Under the pieces are notes generated by a model. The model saw only the letters and a program-made list of their open reading frames with translations, did not search any database and had not been told where the DNA came from. A stretch of 63,708 bases of DNA, the filler included, from Stramenopiles sp. TOSAG23-3 (lineage: Eukaryota), in NCBI GenBank assembly GCA_900128585.1. It is 8 parts of 8 records of this genome, joined end to end, with 100 filler letters (N's around TTAATTAATTAA, not from the genome) between each part and the next. Parts side by side here need not be neighbours in the genome. Positions count along the whole stretch, not along the records: positions 1 to 11,658 come from LT642732.1; 7 more parts are not named here. The stretch is one strand, 5' to 3'. Position numbers and translations under genes: made by a program. Shown in pieces: positions 1-10,700 of this stretch. Position 1 is the first letter of the stretch. Each line of letters opens with the position of its first letter.

Positions 1-2351
1 TGAACTCCCTTCGTACATTTTTCCCAATAAATTCTTTCGCTGCGTCACTTTTCAGTTCTATGATCTTGAACGTTTGATTTAAACCTGTCAAAATTCTTAA
101 TTTAGCATCCCATTCACTAGAGATGACAAATCTCTACTTACCTATGTTGAATACTATTTGAGAAAAGTAAATACAAAATTAATTAAATCATTTTACAAAC
201 TTGCTGACAATAAATTGAAAAAAGAAATGAACCTACTAGATACCAGATTGGAGGCTATTAGGAATGTACAAGATGAATAATGACAAATGAATGAAAGAAA
301 ATAGATAAATTTATTTTAAAATTAATTATCTGGATTTGCTTTTTTCTTTTTCAATTTTTTTATGCAGGATCTCCATTTGCTTTTGCATCTGCTGTAATGA
401 TTTTAATAATGGATTTCCTCCTTCTTCGGAAAAAGAGCCACCCAAGACCCTCTGCTTCATTTAATGGTTTTAAATGATTAAAAACATACAATGGATCTTT
501 TCCATATAAATATCATTTTTACTATTTCATCTAATTCAGTTCTAGGTAAACATTCTACTTCAAATAGACATGCCCCTAGATCATGGGGATATGTGTTACC
601 CCTTTTGGGAGCGGGAACATGACCAGAGGAATTGACTTTGAACCATACAACTCCTTCCACTAATTATCAATATTCACTGGTGATCATACATAATTAGCAT
701 GGTGAATTGGATGTGCATAATAATTCATAGGATTTCCATTATGATGAATATTAGAATCATTATAATTATAAGGATAACTAGTAGTATTTGGATAATACCT
801 TTGAAGTTCCTCTCAATGGTGAGTACTCAGGATATTTCTTCTTCTTTGGAGGACAAACTGTTGCAGCAGGAGCACCAGATGGAGATAGAGATGCAGCCTT
901 CCGCTTTGGTGCAACTGCTGGAGCCTTCTTCTCATCATTGTGATGAGTTGATGATGATTGGCCAAGTGGTGGGTCGTTGTTGCCATCTTGGGTGACTTTT
1001 TCTTCAGTTTTGCTAGTTGCTGAATGGGTGGTTGTTGGTTTATTTCCCATATATTTCATTTTATGGGCATGATCGCCTTTCATTGGACATTTGCCTTGCT
1101 TGTTTGCCGAGCAAGGTAAGCTTCCAGCTTAGATGAAGGTTCTTCTGGAATATTGCTTCATCTTGACCTAATATGATCAGAGGAAGGTGCAAAGAATAAG
1201 TCCAACTTGTCACAGAGACATTTACATCTCTGGGCTTGGCAAGTTAGATGTTCATTTGAATACAAATCAATAAACCAAGTTGTATAATGCAACAAGGATT
1301 CCTTATCTTTTTGTTTAATTTGGGTTAATCTTGTACCCCTTTCAGGAGTGGGAACATGACCAGAGGAATTGACTTTGAACCATACAACTCCTTCCACTCT
1401 CTCAATGGCAAGTACTCAGGATATTTCTTCTTCTTTGGAGGACAAACCATTGCAGCAGGAGCACTGCGCATGCTGTTTATGTCAGTCTTCACAAGCCTTC
1501 CTGCGCACCTCCTTTGCTTGCTCTTCAATGCAATTTAGATGTGCTTTTTCTCTTTGTTTGTGTGCTTCAACATGATATAGTAACTGATGTCCTTTAATGT
1601 AGTCAAGAATTTTCTTTCTGCTTTTAAATATCTTATCTTCATTCATTGTTTCAAAGACAGGAACTTTTGACATAAACATGTCTCATCAGAACTTGAGGTC
1701 ATTGTTAAAATTAGTTTGATTCTGTATAATATTAGTATTAATACAAGTACAAAGTAATTACTAGTACTACTAAACTGGGTATAAAAAAACACCATGATAT
1801 CAGCAGTATTTATCAGAGTAGTCAAAAATAGTTCCGAAATTATTTCAGTACTACATAGTTCAAACAAAATAAATTCTCCAAACATCTACTACTTTATTTT
1901 GGATTTGATATGATGGTATATGTGAACTGCATTTCTGGGGTGAATATTTTACCAAGTGCTAGTTGATAAGCACATTGATAAACTTTTGAATGAATTATCA
2001 TCTCTTTCTTTTTCTCAAGGGTTTTCAGATGACCAAGGGAAGTTTCATGTTTAGTAATCTTCCCTCTCTGAAAATTAATATTTCCTTGTTTTGTTGTCCA
2101 TACATTTGGTTTGTTCTTATCACCATACAATGTACAAATAGTACAGCACATAGGATTGAATGCACCTCCTGAATGAGATAACCAAGGGGAACATTCATTT
2201 CTATCTCATTTTTAACGTGTTTTCCTTCAAATTCCAGCGCGTCATCAGTTTTTAATTCTACTATCTTGAATGTATCATTTAATCCTGTGAGTCTTTTCAT
2301 ATGGCTGTTGAATTGTGCTTGGTATTTGAAAAATTCATCCTTTCTTTCCAC
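1..2351 (-). mobile_element. Decayed transposon-like region with fragmented ORFs, internal duplications and a TTF-type zinc-finger relic (hAT-like)
   Basis: ORF 1894..2151 reads C-x2-C...W...G-x-x-NF...I-x-x-HE-x-S-x-x-H (MCCTICTLYG...NVWTTKQGNINFQRGKITKHETSLGH), resembling the TTF zinc finger of hAT transposase-derived proteins. The region has only short broken ORFs and duplicated blocks (597-661/1334-1398; 810-877/1399-1466). No transposase core or TIRs seen. Confidence 0.5.
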
Positions 2352-2971
2352 TGCTTCATTATTTCTGCATTAAATACAGACTTCTTATTTGTTGAGGCTG
2401 AGTAAGACTTCATGCAAGCAAGATACTTGCAGTTTCTAATTGTATTACAGCTGCATTCAAAAGTGTGCCTGTAAATTTGGCAATAGATCCAGTACTTCCA
2501 TCACTATTGAGTTTGATTGAGTTCACTTTCAACAACACAAACCATACAGGAGTATCCATTGTGGTTACTCCTACCATTGTGGTAGACATGATACCATGGT
2601 GGTATACATGAATAATATAATCAAGTGAAGTTGTGTTGTGTACTTTGTCTCTAGCTCTATTGTTGTTCAAGCCTGTAGAGAGAGCAGAGAGAGTGTCAAG
2701 AGAAGACTTTTAATTATTTATTTTGCTAATTGCAAATTTGCTACTATTTTTTATTATTCAAGCAGGTTTGTTCGTGAAATAACGGACAACTGTTACTTTC
2801 GATTTGTATATTGGTACAGTAGTATTGATATCAAGTAACTAGTAATCATAAAATTTGTAAACATACTACAGATACAAGTATACTGTAGGACTTATTATTC
2901 AATATACAATGGTATCCTACTAATTTACAGACACAAACTTGCTTGGTACACATCATAAAAGGCGTGCAAAA

Positions 2972-5900
2972 ATGGACGCAAATGAAACGAAATATTCATC
3001 AACACTACAGCAACAAAAACCATCCCCACCACCACCAATATCAACATCACCAGTGAATACTCTGCGCAAGTCTGAAGAAGCAGATATCAATCTTATGAAA
3101 GGAATGCGCGAAATGTTAATGAAAGGAACTGTCTTTCGGAAACATAGCGAATATAGTGAACCAAATAAACGAAAAGTATGGGTAGAATTCGATGACGAAT
3201 ATGATGGGTTTATTAAGTGGTGTAAATTAGGAACTCCTTCGAGCACATCGAGCGTAGAAAAGAACGATAAAATTAGACTTTCAACTATTACGCAAGTATC
3301 TGAAGGATTTGTAGAAACAGATGATATCATGAAGTTTAATGAAAATGTCGATTCAGGTATGTGCATATCTATTTGTACTCCTTCTCGGTCATTGAACTTT
3401 GAATCAAGTTCTGTCGAAGTATCTAAAATATGGTGCATGTCTTTGAAATATATTGTACACGCTGCGAAGCATAAATCAACCACTATTAGTCCTGTTCATT
3501 ATGTGGCCAAGTTACGATTGAATGATGATACAGAGAATGAATCTGGTGGTGATTTAAGAATTGATAAATTCAATGAACTGAAAAACAAAATAAAGTCACC
3601 AAAGAGCAATATTCCCATGTGTATACAAGTCTATAATACTCGTCTAGCAGAAGAGCGTATAAAACACGGCAATGAACTAAAAACGAAAATTCAGAAGTAT
3701 CATGAAACTATCAAGAAACAATCTGAAAAGCATAAAACTGTTTTAGCTATTTCAGAGGAACATAAAAATAATGTTGAGATTATGAAAGCTAAGTACAATG
3801 AGGCCGTAAATAATATCAAAACCGTATCTGAAAAACACAAAAATATTTTAGAGCAACATCAAAATGAGATTAAAATGTTGAAAGATCAACATCTAGAGGC
3901 AATATTACGCACAAAAGATGAATCATATAAATCACAGGATCATATCAAAACCGCACTCACTAATGAAATGCATCAAACTAATTTACAGATGAAAACTTTA
4001 GAGGGAAAGCATAAATTAGCAGTGTATAATGCCACGCAAAATGCAACGTTACATGAACAAGCTGAGCAAGCACTACAAAATGCAAAAATGTCACATTTGG
4101 AGAAAATGAATAAAAAACATGATGAAATCAAATATTTGAAAGAAAAAATGCAGTTATTGAAAGAAGAGCATGATGGTAAAGAAGAAGAATGTGCTAGAGA
4201 AATAAATGAACATATGGTACAGTTGGAGGCGACTCGCGCTGAAGTGACACACCATCAACAAAATGCAAAAAAACACGAAATTTCTCGCCAAATCGCACTT
4301 CAAAGAGAGTATGGGGCAAAATTAAGATATATGAAAAATGCAGAGTTAGAAGCAAAGGAAATCAAAAGAGAGGCAAAACAAAGGCTTGATCAATTAAGAG
4401 ATACACATGCCTCATTGCTTGGTGCTGCACTTAATGAACAAAAAGATTCACATACATCAGAACTCAATAAAGTAAAAGAGATGCACAACGCTGCTCTTGA
4501 TGAACAGCTTGTTGCCGCAGAATACATTAAAGGACTAAAAGGTACACATGCATCCGAGCTGGATGAACTAAAAGGTACACATGCATCAGAACTTGTTAAA
4601 CTAAAAGCTATACATGCATCAGAATTTAATCAACTAAAATTTTCACATGCATTATTGCTTGGTGAAGAAGCGACATCGCTTGATAATCTAAAAGCTACGC
4701 ATGCGTCAGAGATTAATGTATTAAAACTTACACACTCATCGTCAATATCAGATAAATTAAAAGAAGCCGAGGGTTTAAGAAATATCATACAACTTCATTC
4801 TGAAGAAAAGCATCAGTTGGTACAAAAAGCAAATGAACACAAAGCTACAGCTAAAAGTAAAGAAGATGCTTTAGAAGAATTACAAGAAGCACTCAAAGTA
4901 GCCAAATCAAGTCATATTGAAGCGATGGAAACGGCAACGCAAGAATCAAGAAAATTGGCCGCAATAAAGGCACAACACAAAATGGAAAAACTAAAACTCG
5001 AACATTCTCACGATATTCACTTGACAGATCGTGTAAAATCGATGGAGGCTGTTGTTGCAAATGTAAATCAAGAAAATATTAGATTAGAACATGCTGCAGC
5101 TATCGCAAAAGTATTACACGAAGCTTCACAGAAGGATAAAAATCGAGAACATGAAGATGTTCAAAGGAATATGCAACGAGAACATGAAGTTGTTCAAAAG
5201 AATATGCAACGTGAACATGAAGCTATACAAAAGAATATGCAACAGGAACATGAAGCTGCTCAAATAGACATACAACAAGAAGCTGAAAACAATCTTGCCC
5301 TTGCAAAGGAAAAATACCAAGAAGAAATAGAAGCTGTAATTCAAGACTCTGAAAATAGAGTAAGAAAAATACGAACAGAAGAAAACTCTCTTGCAGTTGC
5401 TTCGAGAAAAAAAAATGAGAATGTACAGAAAAGCTTAAAAGTTTCGGAGCCTTCCGCGAATTCCAAAATTAAATCTACTGAAAATGTACACCAAGCTCTT
5501 AAAGCAATGAAAGAAACACATGCAAAGCACGTAGAAATAATGAGGACTGTAGAAGCAAAGTATAAATCTGCCGAAGACAAATTTGATCAAGAATTATTGA
5601 CGTTAAAATTACAACATGAAAAAGAAATGCACTCAATGATTCAATCAATACATAAATTTCAAAGTGGAAAAAAAACAACTAGTGTGCTTTCCAAAATATT
5701 ATCATGGGTAGGTAATGATTCTGAATTGAATTCTGAATTGGATCAAAATTCGAATCAACACGATGAAATAAATAATACCGAAACAAAGATAAGTACTAAC
5801 AATGTTGATAGAAAAACAAAAAAAACAAAACAGAATATAGAAATAAAAAAAACAAAAAAGAATATAGAAGAAGACAATGATGATGAAGGTATAAAACATG

Positions 5901-6130
5901 TACAGCATCATTTTGGACCTAATCGTAAGCCAGGTGACACCGTCATAGTCAAGTTAACAGATGGTTCAAACATTGAATATAAAATACCCGAGTCCACAAT
6001 GATTCAAAATACAGTTTTCCTAACAATAAAAAAGAATCAGTTTATTGAATCTGACGAATTAGAAGAAATATCAGTGAGGAAACCAAAGATGGTCGAACCT
6101 GAGCGTCCAGTCAGAGAAACAAAATTATGA
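2972..6130 (+). CDS. PH-domain (PLC-type PH-like) protein with long coiled-coil region
   Basis: N-terminal MLMKGTVFRKH...RKVWV...IKW...IRLSTITQVSEG...CISICTPSRSLNFE...WCMSL matches a PH pattern. It is followed by ~700 aa of E/K/H-rich coiled coil with short repeats (LKGTHASELDE, MQREHEVVQKN). First ATG is at 2972. Confidence 0.75.
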   Translation: MDANETKYSSTLQQQKPSPPPPISTSPVNTLRKSEEADINLMKGMREMLMKGTVFRKHSEYSEPNKRKVWVEFDDEYDGFIKWCKLGTPSSTSSVEKNDKIRLSTITQVSEGFVETDDIMKFNENVDSGMCISICTPSRSLNFESSSVEVSKIWCMSLKYIVHAAKHKSTTISPVHYVAKLRLNDDTENESGGDLRIDKFNELKNKIKSPKSNIPMCIQVYNTRLAEERIKHGNELKTKIQKYHETIKKQSEKHKTVLAISEEHKNNVEIMKAKYNEAVNNIKTVSEKHKNILEQHQNEIKMLKDQHLEAILRTKDESYKSQDHIKTALTNEMHQTNLQMKTLEGKHKLAVYNATQNATLHEQAEQALQNAKMSHLEKMNKKHDEIKYLKEKMQLLKEEHDGKEEECAREINEHMVQLEATRAEVTHHQQNAKKHEISRQIALQREYGAKLRYMKNAELEAKEIKREAKQRLDQLRDTHASLLGAALNEQKDSHTSELNKVKEMHNAALDEQLVAAEYIKGLKGTHASELDELKGTHASELVKLKAIHASEFNQLKFSHALLLGEEATSLDNLKATHASEINVLKLTHSSSISDKLKEAEGLRNIIQLHSEEKHQLVQKANEHKATAKSKEDALEELQEALKVAKSSHIEAMETATQESRKLAAIKAQHKMEKLKLEHSHDIHLTDRVKSMEAVVANVNQENIRLEHAAAIAKVLHEASQKDKNREHEDVQRNMQREHEVVQKNMQREHEAIQKNMQQEHEAAQIDIQQEAENNLALAKEKYQEEIEAVIQDSENRVRKIRTEENSLAVASRKKNENVQKSLKVSEPSANSKIKSTENVHQALKAMKETHAKHVEIMRTVEAKYKSAEDKFDQELLTLKLQHEKEMHSMIQSIHKFQSGKKTTSVLSKILSWVGNDSELNSELDQNSNQHDEINNTETKISTNNVDRKTKKTKQNIEIKKTKKNIEEDNDDEGIKHVQHHFGPNRKPGDTVIVKLTDGSNIEYKIPESTMIQNTVFLTIKKNQFIESDELEEISVRKPKMVEPERPVRETKL

Positions 6131-6450
6131 CAAGCAAAAAATGTATTCAGCTTTTGAATAAGCGATAGATATATGTTAAGTATTTTTATTTGATAAAACA
6201 TTAAATTTTATGAAGTTTCGAACTCTTGTTTTCGTTTTTTATCTCCGAAAGTAACGGCAATTATTTATTTTTCTAAATATCGGAGATTATCTTCGACGAA
6301 GTAAACCCGAATAAAAATTCAAAAACATTCTACACACTTTGTTTCTCCGGTGCTGCTCTCATCGAGAGATGGAACAGACGGTACGTAGATATTTTATTAT
6401 CCTTCGTTATATTTGACTTTATATTCTGAGATTTCAATATTTCTCATATA

Positions 6451-7701
6451 ATGATTGGTTATATCTGTTGTAGTGATGAAAAGAGTAAAAATATAACGCA
6501 GCCACCACCACTTACAAAGGATGTTTGGATTTATGGTCACAGTAAAAATATTGCAAAGGAAGACATCTTGTGGTTAGATGAGCGTTATGGTGTTCCGCCT
6601 TCAGCACGGAAAGTAAGACTCTATCACGACTTCGATTCAATGTGTACGTCGAGGCCATGGATTGATGCTAAACGCAAAATCGAACTTAAGAACGCTTTTT
6701 CTAAAATAATGGAACGAGATGAACAAGATGATATATACCTAGATGATTATACAACGGAGTTACAGTTATTATTTTCAGGAGACGACGAAGCGTATTATAA
6801 GGAAAGGGAGCGCGAACTTGCAGTAAAAGCAGCGAAAGCCGAAGGTATTTGGAATGCCGAATGTGTCCGTCAAGAAACGGCAGCAAAGGAGGAGCAAATA
6901 AAAAAACATCACCTTCGACGCCGAGATGATGATGATACAACGCCTAATTTGAATGTTCCAGGACCTCCAGTTCCCACTGTTAAACATCGCCTTCGACGCC
7001 GAGATGATGATGATACAACGCCTAATTTGAATGTTCCAAGACCTCCAGTTCCCCCTGTTAAACACACACTCCAACGCCGAGATGATGATGATACAACACC
7101 TAATGTGAATGTTCCAGGACCTCCAGTTCCCCCTGTTAAACACAGACTCCAACGCCGAGATGATGATGATACAACACCTAATGTGAATATTCTACGGCGT
7201 CTACAGCCTCCAGTTCCCCCTGTTAAACACAGATTCCAACGCCGAGATGATGATGATACAACATCTGCTGTGAATTTCCCAGAATCCTCCGATACAACAT
7301 CTGCTGTGAATTTCCCAGAATCCTCCGATACAACATCTGTTGTGAATTTCCCAGAATCCTCCGATACAACATCTGCTGTGAATTTCCCAGAATCCTCCGA
7401 TACAACATCTGCTGTGAATTTCCCAGAACCCTCCAATACAACATCTGCTGTGAATTTCCCAGAATCCTCCGATACAACATCTGCTGTGAATTTCCCAGAA
7501 TCCTCCGATACATTACCTCTTGTGAATTTTCCAGATGTCCCAGATGTGACACCTGCTCCTCTTAGACGTCAACTCCGTCGCCGAGACGACAGCACTCCGA
7601 TACAAAATTTAGATAATGTGAGCTCCGTTGATACAACAATAGAAGAAAACAGTGATAATGCGACAGAGACAGAAAATTCGGGTATTTATTTTCCAGAGTG
7701 A
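6451..7701 (+). CDS. Hypothetical protein with two tandem repeat arrays (true start may lie in an upstream exon)
   Basis: 416-aa ORF with 26-aa units (LRRRDDDDTTPNLNVPGPPVPPVKHR) followed by 12-aa units (DTTSAVNFPESS). Confidence 0.65.
   Translation: MIGYICCSDEKSKNITQPPPLTKDVWIYGHSKNIAKEDILWLDERYGVPPSARKVRLYHDFDSMCTSRPWIDAKRKIELKNAFSKIMERDEQDDIYLDDYTTELQLLFSGDDEAYYKERERELAVKAAKAEGIWNAECVRQETAAKEEQIKKHHLRRRDDDDTTPNLNVPGPPVPTVKHRLRRRDDDDTTPNLNVPRPPVPPVKHTLQRRDDDDTTPNVNVPGPPVPPVKHRLQRRDDDDTTPNVNILRRLQPPVPPVKHRFQRRDDDDTTSAVNFPESSDTTSAVNFPESSDTTSVVNFPESSDTTSAVNFPESSDTTSAVNFPEPSNTTSAVNFPESSDTTSAVNFPESSDTLPLVNFPDVPDVTPAPLRRQLRRRDDSTPIQNLDNVSSVDTTIEENSDNATETENSGIYFPE
6911..7260 (+). repeat. Coding minisatellite, ~78-bp unit, about 4.5 copies
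   Basis: cgccgagatgatgatgatacaac recurs with 78-bp spacing; one unit is slightly longer. Confidence 0.9.
7255..7535 (+). repeat. Coding minisatellite, 36-bp unit, 7 copies plus a degenerate one
   Basis: Unit gatacaacatctgctgtgaatttcccagaatcctcc read directly from the sequence. Confidence 0.9.
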
Positions 7702-7758
7702 AAAAAAAATAAACTTCAATTTTAATTTATTTAGATTATTAGAATTAATAACAAGTAC

Positions 7759-10700
7759 CTATAAACCAAACAACTCACCAGTATTCTCCCAAATAACTGG
7801 GAATTCTGCGTGTGTACATTGTTTTTTTAACCACTTTCTAGAAGTAGCATATATATCACCCCAAAGATCCTGATCATCGGAACACTTAATATCCAGACAT
7901 CGTAGTACTACAGCAGTAGTCCACGCATCATCAGATATATTCATTCCGCCAGGTTTTTCAGCAGCAATACGAGATTCATTCAACTGCAACGATGCTGCTA
8001 ATGGAATAGATAATTGCCAGAAGGGAACTTCTTTATCTTTTTGTGCACATATACCTCGCCAAGATTGATCACAGTATCCTTCGTAAGGTGTTTGGCCCCA
8101 TTTGTTGATTTGACCATCATCTCCACCGTATTCAATTATCAAAGGTCCAAGGTCACCAGCAGGATTTCTTCCAAGCGCAAAATGTAATGCACTATTGCCG
8201 TCTTCATTTATCGGGTCCCCCGTAGCCCCTGCATCAAAAAGCATTTGCGCAATTTCTTCAGCAAGACCTTCTGGCCATTTCGCATCAGCCGCAAGCGCAA
8301 GGTGATGAAGAATAGTCCATCCATTTCGATCAGGTTGATCACAATTGTATCTTTCATCGATCCACTCTTCTTGAAGAATATTCTTTTCCCCTTTTACAAC
8401 TGATTCGGAGACTCGCGTAAGTAATGTCATCAATGCATCTTCACTCTGATCTTGAAATTCAATTGTATCCTCCGCTGTAGTTCCGTCATATGGACTTAAA
8501 CCAAAGCGGTTCTTCAATGTATCATCAGCACCTTTATCCATTAAATAAGGCACAATTTCTCCTCCAGGAAAATAAGCAATAGCATAGTGTAGAGCAGTAT
8601 TACCATTTTTGTTTTGATGATTGACATCCAACTCCTCGATGTTTTCACAAAGATATTTAACAGCATCAAATTGCGTATTTTGTGCTGCAACAATTAGAAG
8701 TGTATTTCCATAACTATCGTGCCAATTTGGCGACATGCCAGCTTGGACAAGAGCCCCAAGCATAACGAAGTTTTCATCTCTGAGGTATCCCAATATATCA
8801 AACTCGGTGATTTCTCCGCTCTCAAGCGACTCGCGAATACCTCCCTTAGCATTAAGTTTTTCTTCGGCCTTTTGCACTTGAAGTTCGGTCATTCTTTCCT
8901 CAATTTTCTTGATGGTTCGAAGTAATCGTCGCTCTAATATATGCATTTCTTTGACATCGTCTCTCACATCTTCGCGTTTTTTTGTAAGTTTTAAGACATC
9001 AGTTGTTATTTCAAGTAATATTTCTTCTTCGTCTTCTGTTGTATCTTTTTCTACTCCTAGCTGAGTTGTAAGTCTCAATTTCTCTTTGTGAATATGCTTA
9101 CACTGATTAGCCATGCGAGCGTACAGAAATGCACGACGAAACCACATACAAACTCGTGATGCTGGCATCGAGACTTCAAATATATCAGGATTATTAGCCT
9201 TTAGTACTGGGTTGTAAAAATACTCCTGTAATTTTTCAAAAAGTTCATGGTTCTCGGCAATATCATAAACATTCCATTGTCCCGAAGTTATCATCCAAAC
9301 CAACTTACAATCATAATCATTCAAGAAAGAATCAGCTACGCCTCGTGTTTGGTTTGCCGCTGAACTGTTGCATAATTCCTCTGCTAATCTCCAACGTGGT
9401 TCAAGTCCAAGCATTAAACATGCTGATTCCATTACTTGTTCAATTACCTTTGGACGATCTTTCATGGTCTTCAAATGATGCCATTCTCGTTGTTTGACTA
9501 GTTTTAAAGGTCCAAGAGATCTATTATATTTATGTCGTATTTTATGCACGTCTTCTTCCCAAAATAGTTCAAGTTTCGTAGTTGTAGCTAATAATTCGTC
9601 TTCGCAATCCTTCATTGTTTGGCGTTGATCATCGCGCATTACAGTTTGCTCTTCAGCTTCTTCTTGAACAGTATCTAAATTTTCCTGGACTGCTTTTTCC
9701 TTTTCTATTTCTGCTTTCAATAGAGGTGTAAGTTTTGCTAAAGATTCTCTTGCGCGTTTCAGCATCTGATCTCCAGATGCAGGTCCAACTTTACCCATAA
9801 TTCGATCAACTACTCGTTTCACCACAAAGTTATCAGGGTCGACCCCGTCAGGTAGTGCTGGTAATTTCTCAGCTACTATGGCAGCATACACACCATCAAA
9901 TGTTGTGACATCCCAACCACCTGGTGGTTCCCATTCTTCTTCCACGTCACTTTCTTGTTCTTCCCTTGCCATTTTGCGTTTTCTTATTTCTTCTTTACGC
10001 AAGCGTTCCTTTTCAGCTATATCGTCTAACTCCTTTTGTTTTGCTGCTTTGCCCTTAACACCACCCTTTCCACCCTTGGCCCTTCGAGCTGCGGCTTTTG
10101 CTTTCTTGGCTTCTTGGCGTTTTTGTTTAATTGCATTTTCTGCATCCTCCTTTGCTTTCTTCTCTTTTTCTGCTGCCTCCTTTGCTGACTTTTCGGCCAT
10201 CCGTTTTACCCAATCGGGGTCTTTATAAGGTTTTGGATCATCTTCACAAGGTACTCCAAACTGCGAAAGGAAAGCTTCAGTTGCAAATTTAGACACACCC
10301 CATCCTGTCCAACGTACGTGATTACCCCGCTTCCAAATACCTCTGCGCTTCTGGTGGTATCCGGCAGATCTTGTTTTAACGAAAATACCTTTTCCGTGCA
10401 TTAAATCATTAACAAATGGTCCTTCGTATCGTTCACCAGCATCTTTGAAAGTTAGAATTCCGTCGCCATGGCGAATACCTTGTACATATGGACCTTCATA
10501 TCGATTGCCATTGGCATAAAATACTACTCCTTTGCCATGTCGAATGCCTCCCTGGAATTCTCCAACATATTTATCACTATTTGCTAGTACCAGTGTACCA
10601 TTGCCATCTCTCAAACCATCACAAAAATTCCCTTCGTACTGTTCTCTAGGTTCAATGATTGATTCGACTCCCCAACCATGTTTCTTACCATTGAACCATT

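Noticed and set aside
7255-7535. 36-bp direct repeats of CRISPR-like length
   Set aside because: Head-to-tail with no unique spacers, in frame inside a eukaryotic ORF, and no cas genes.
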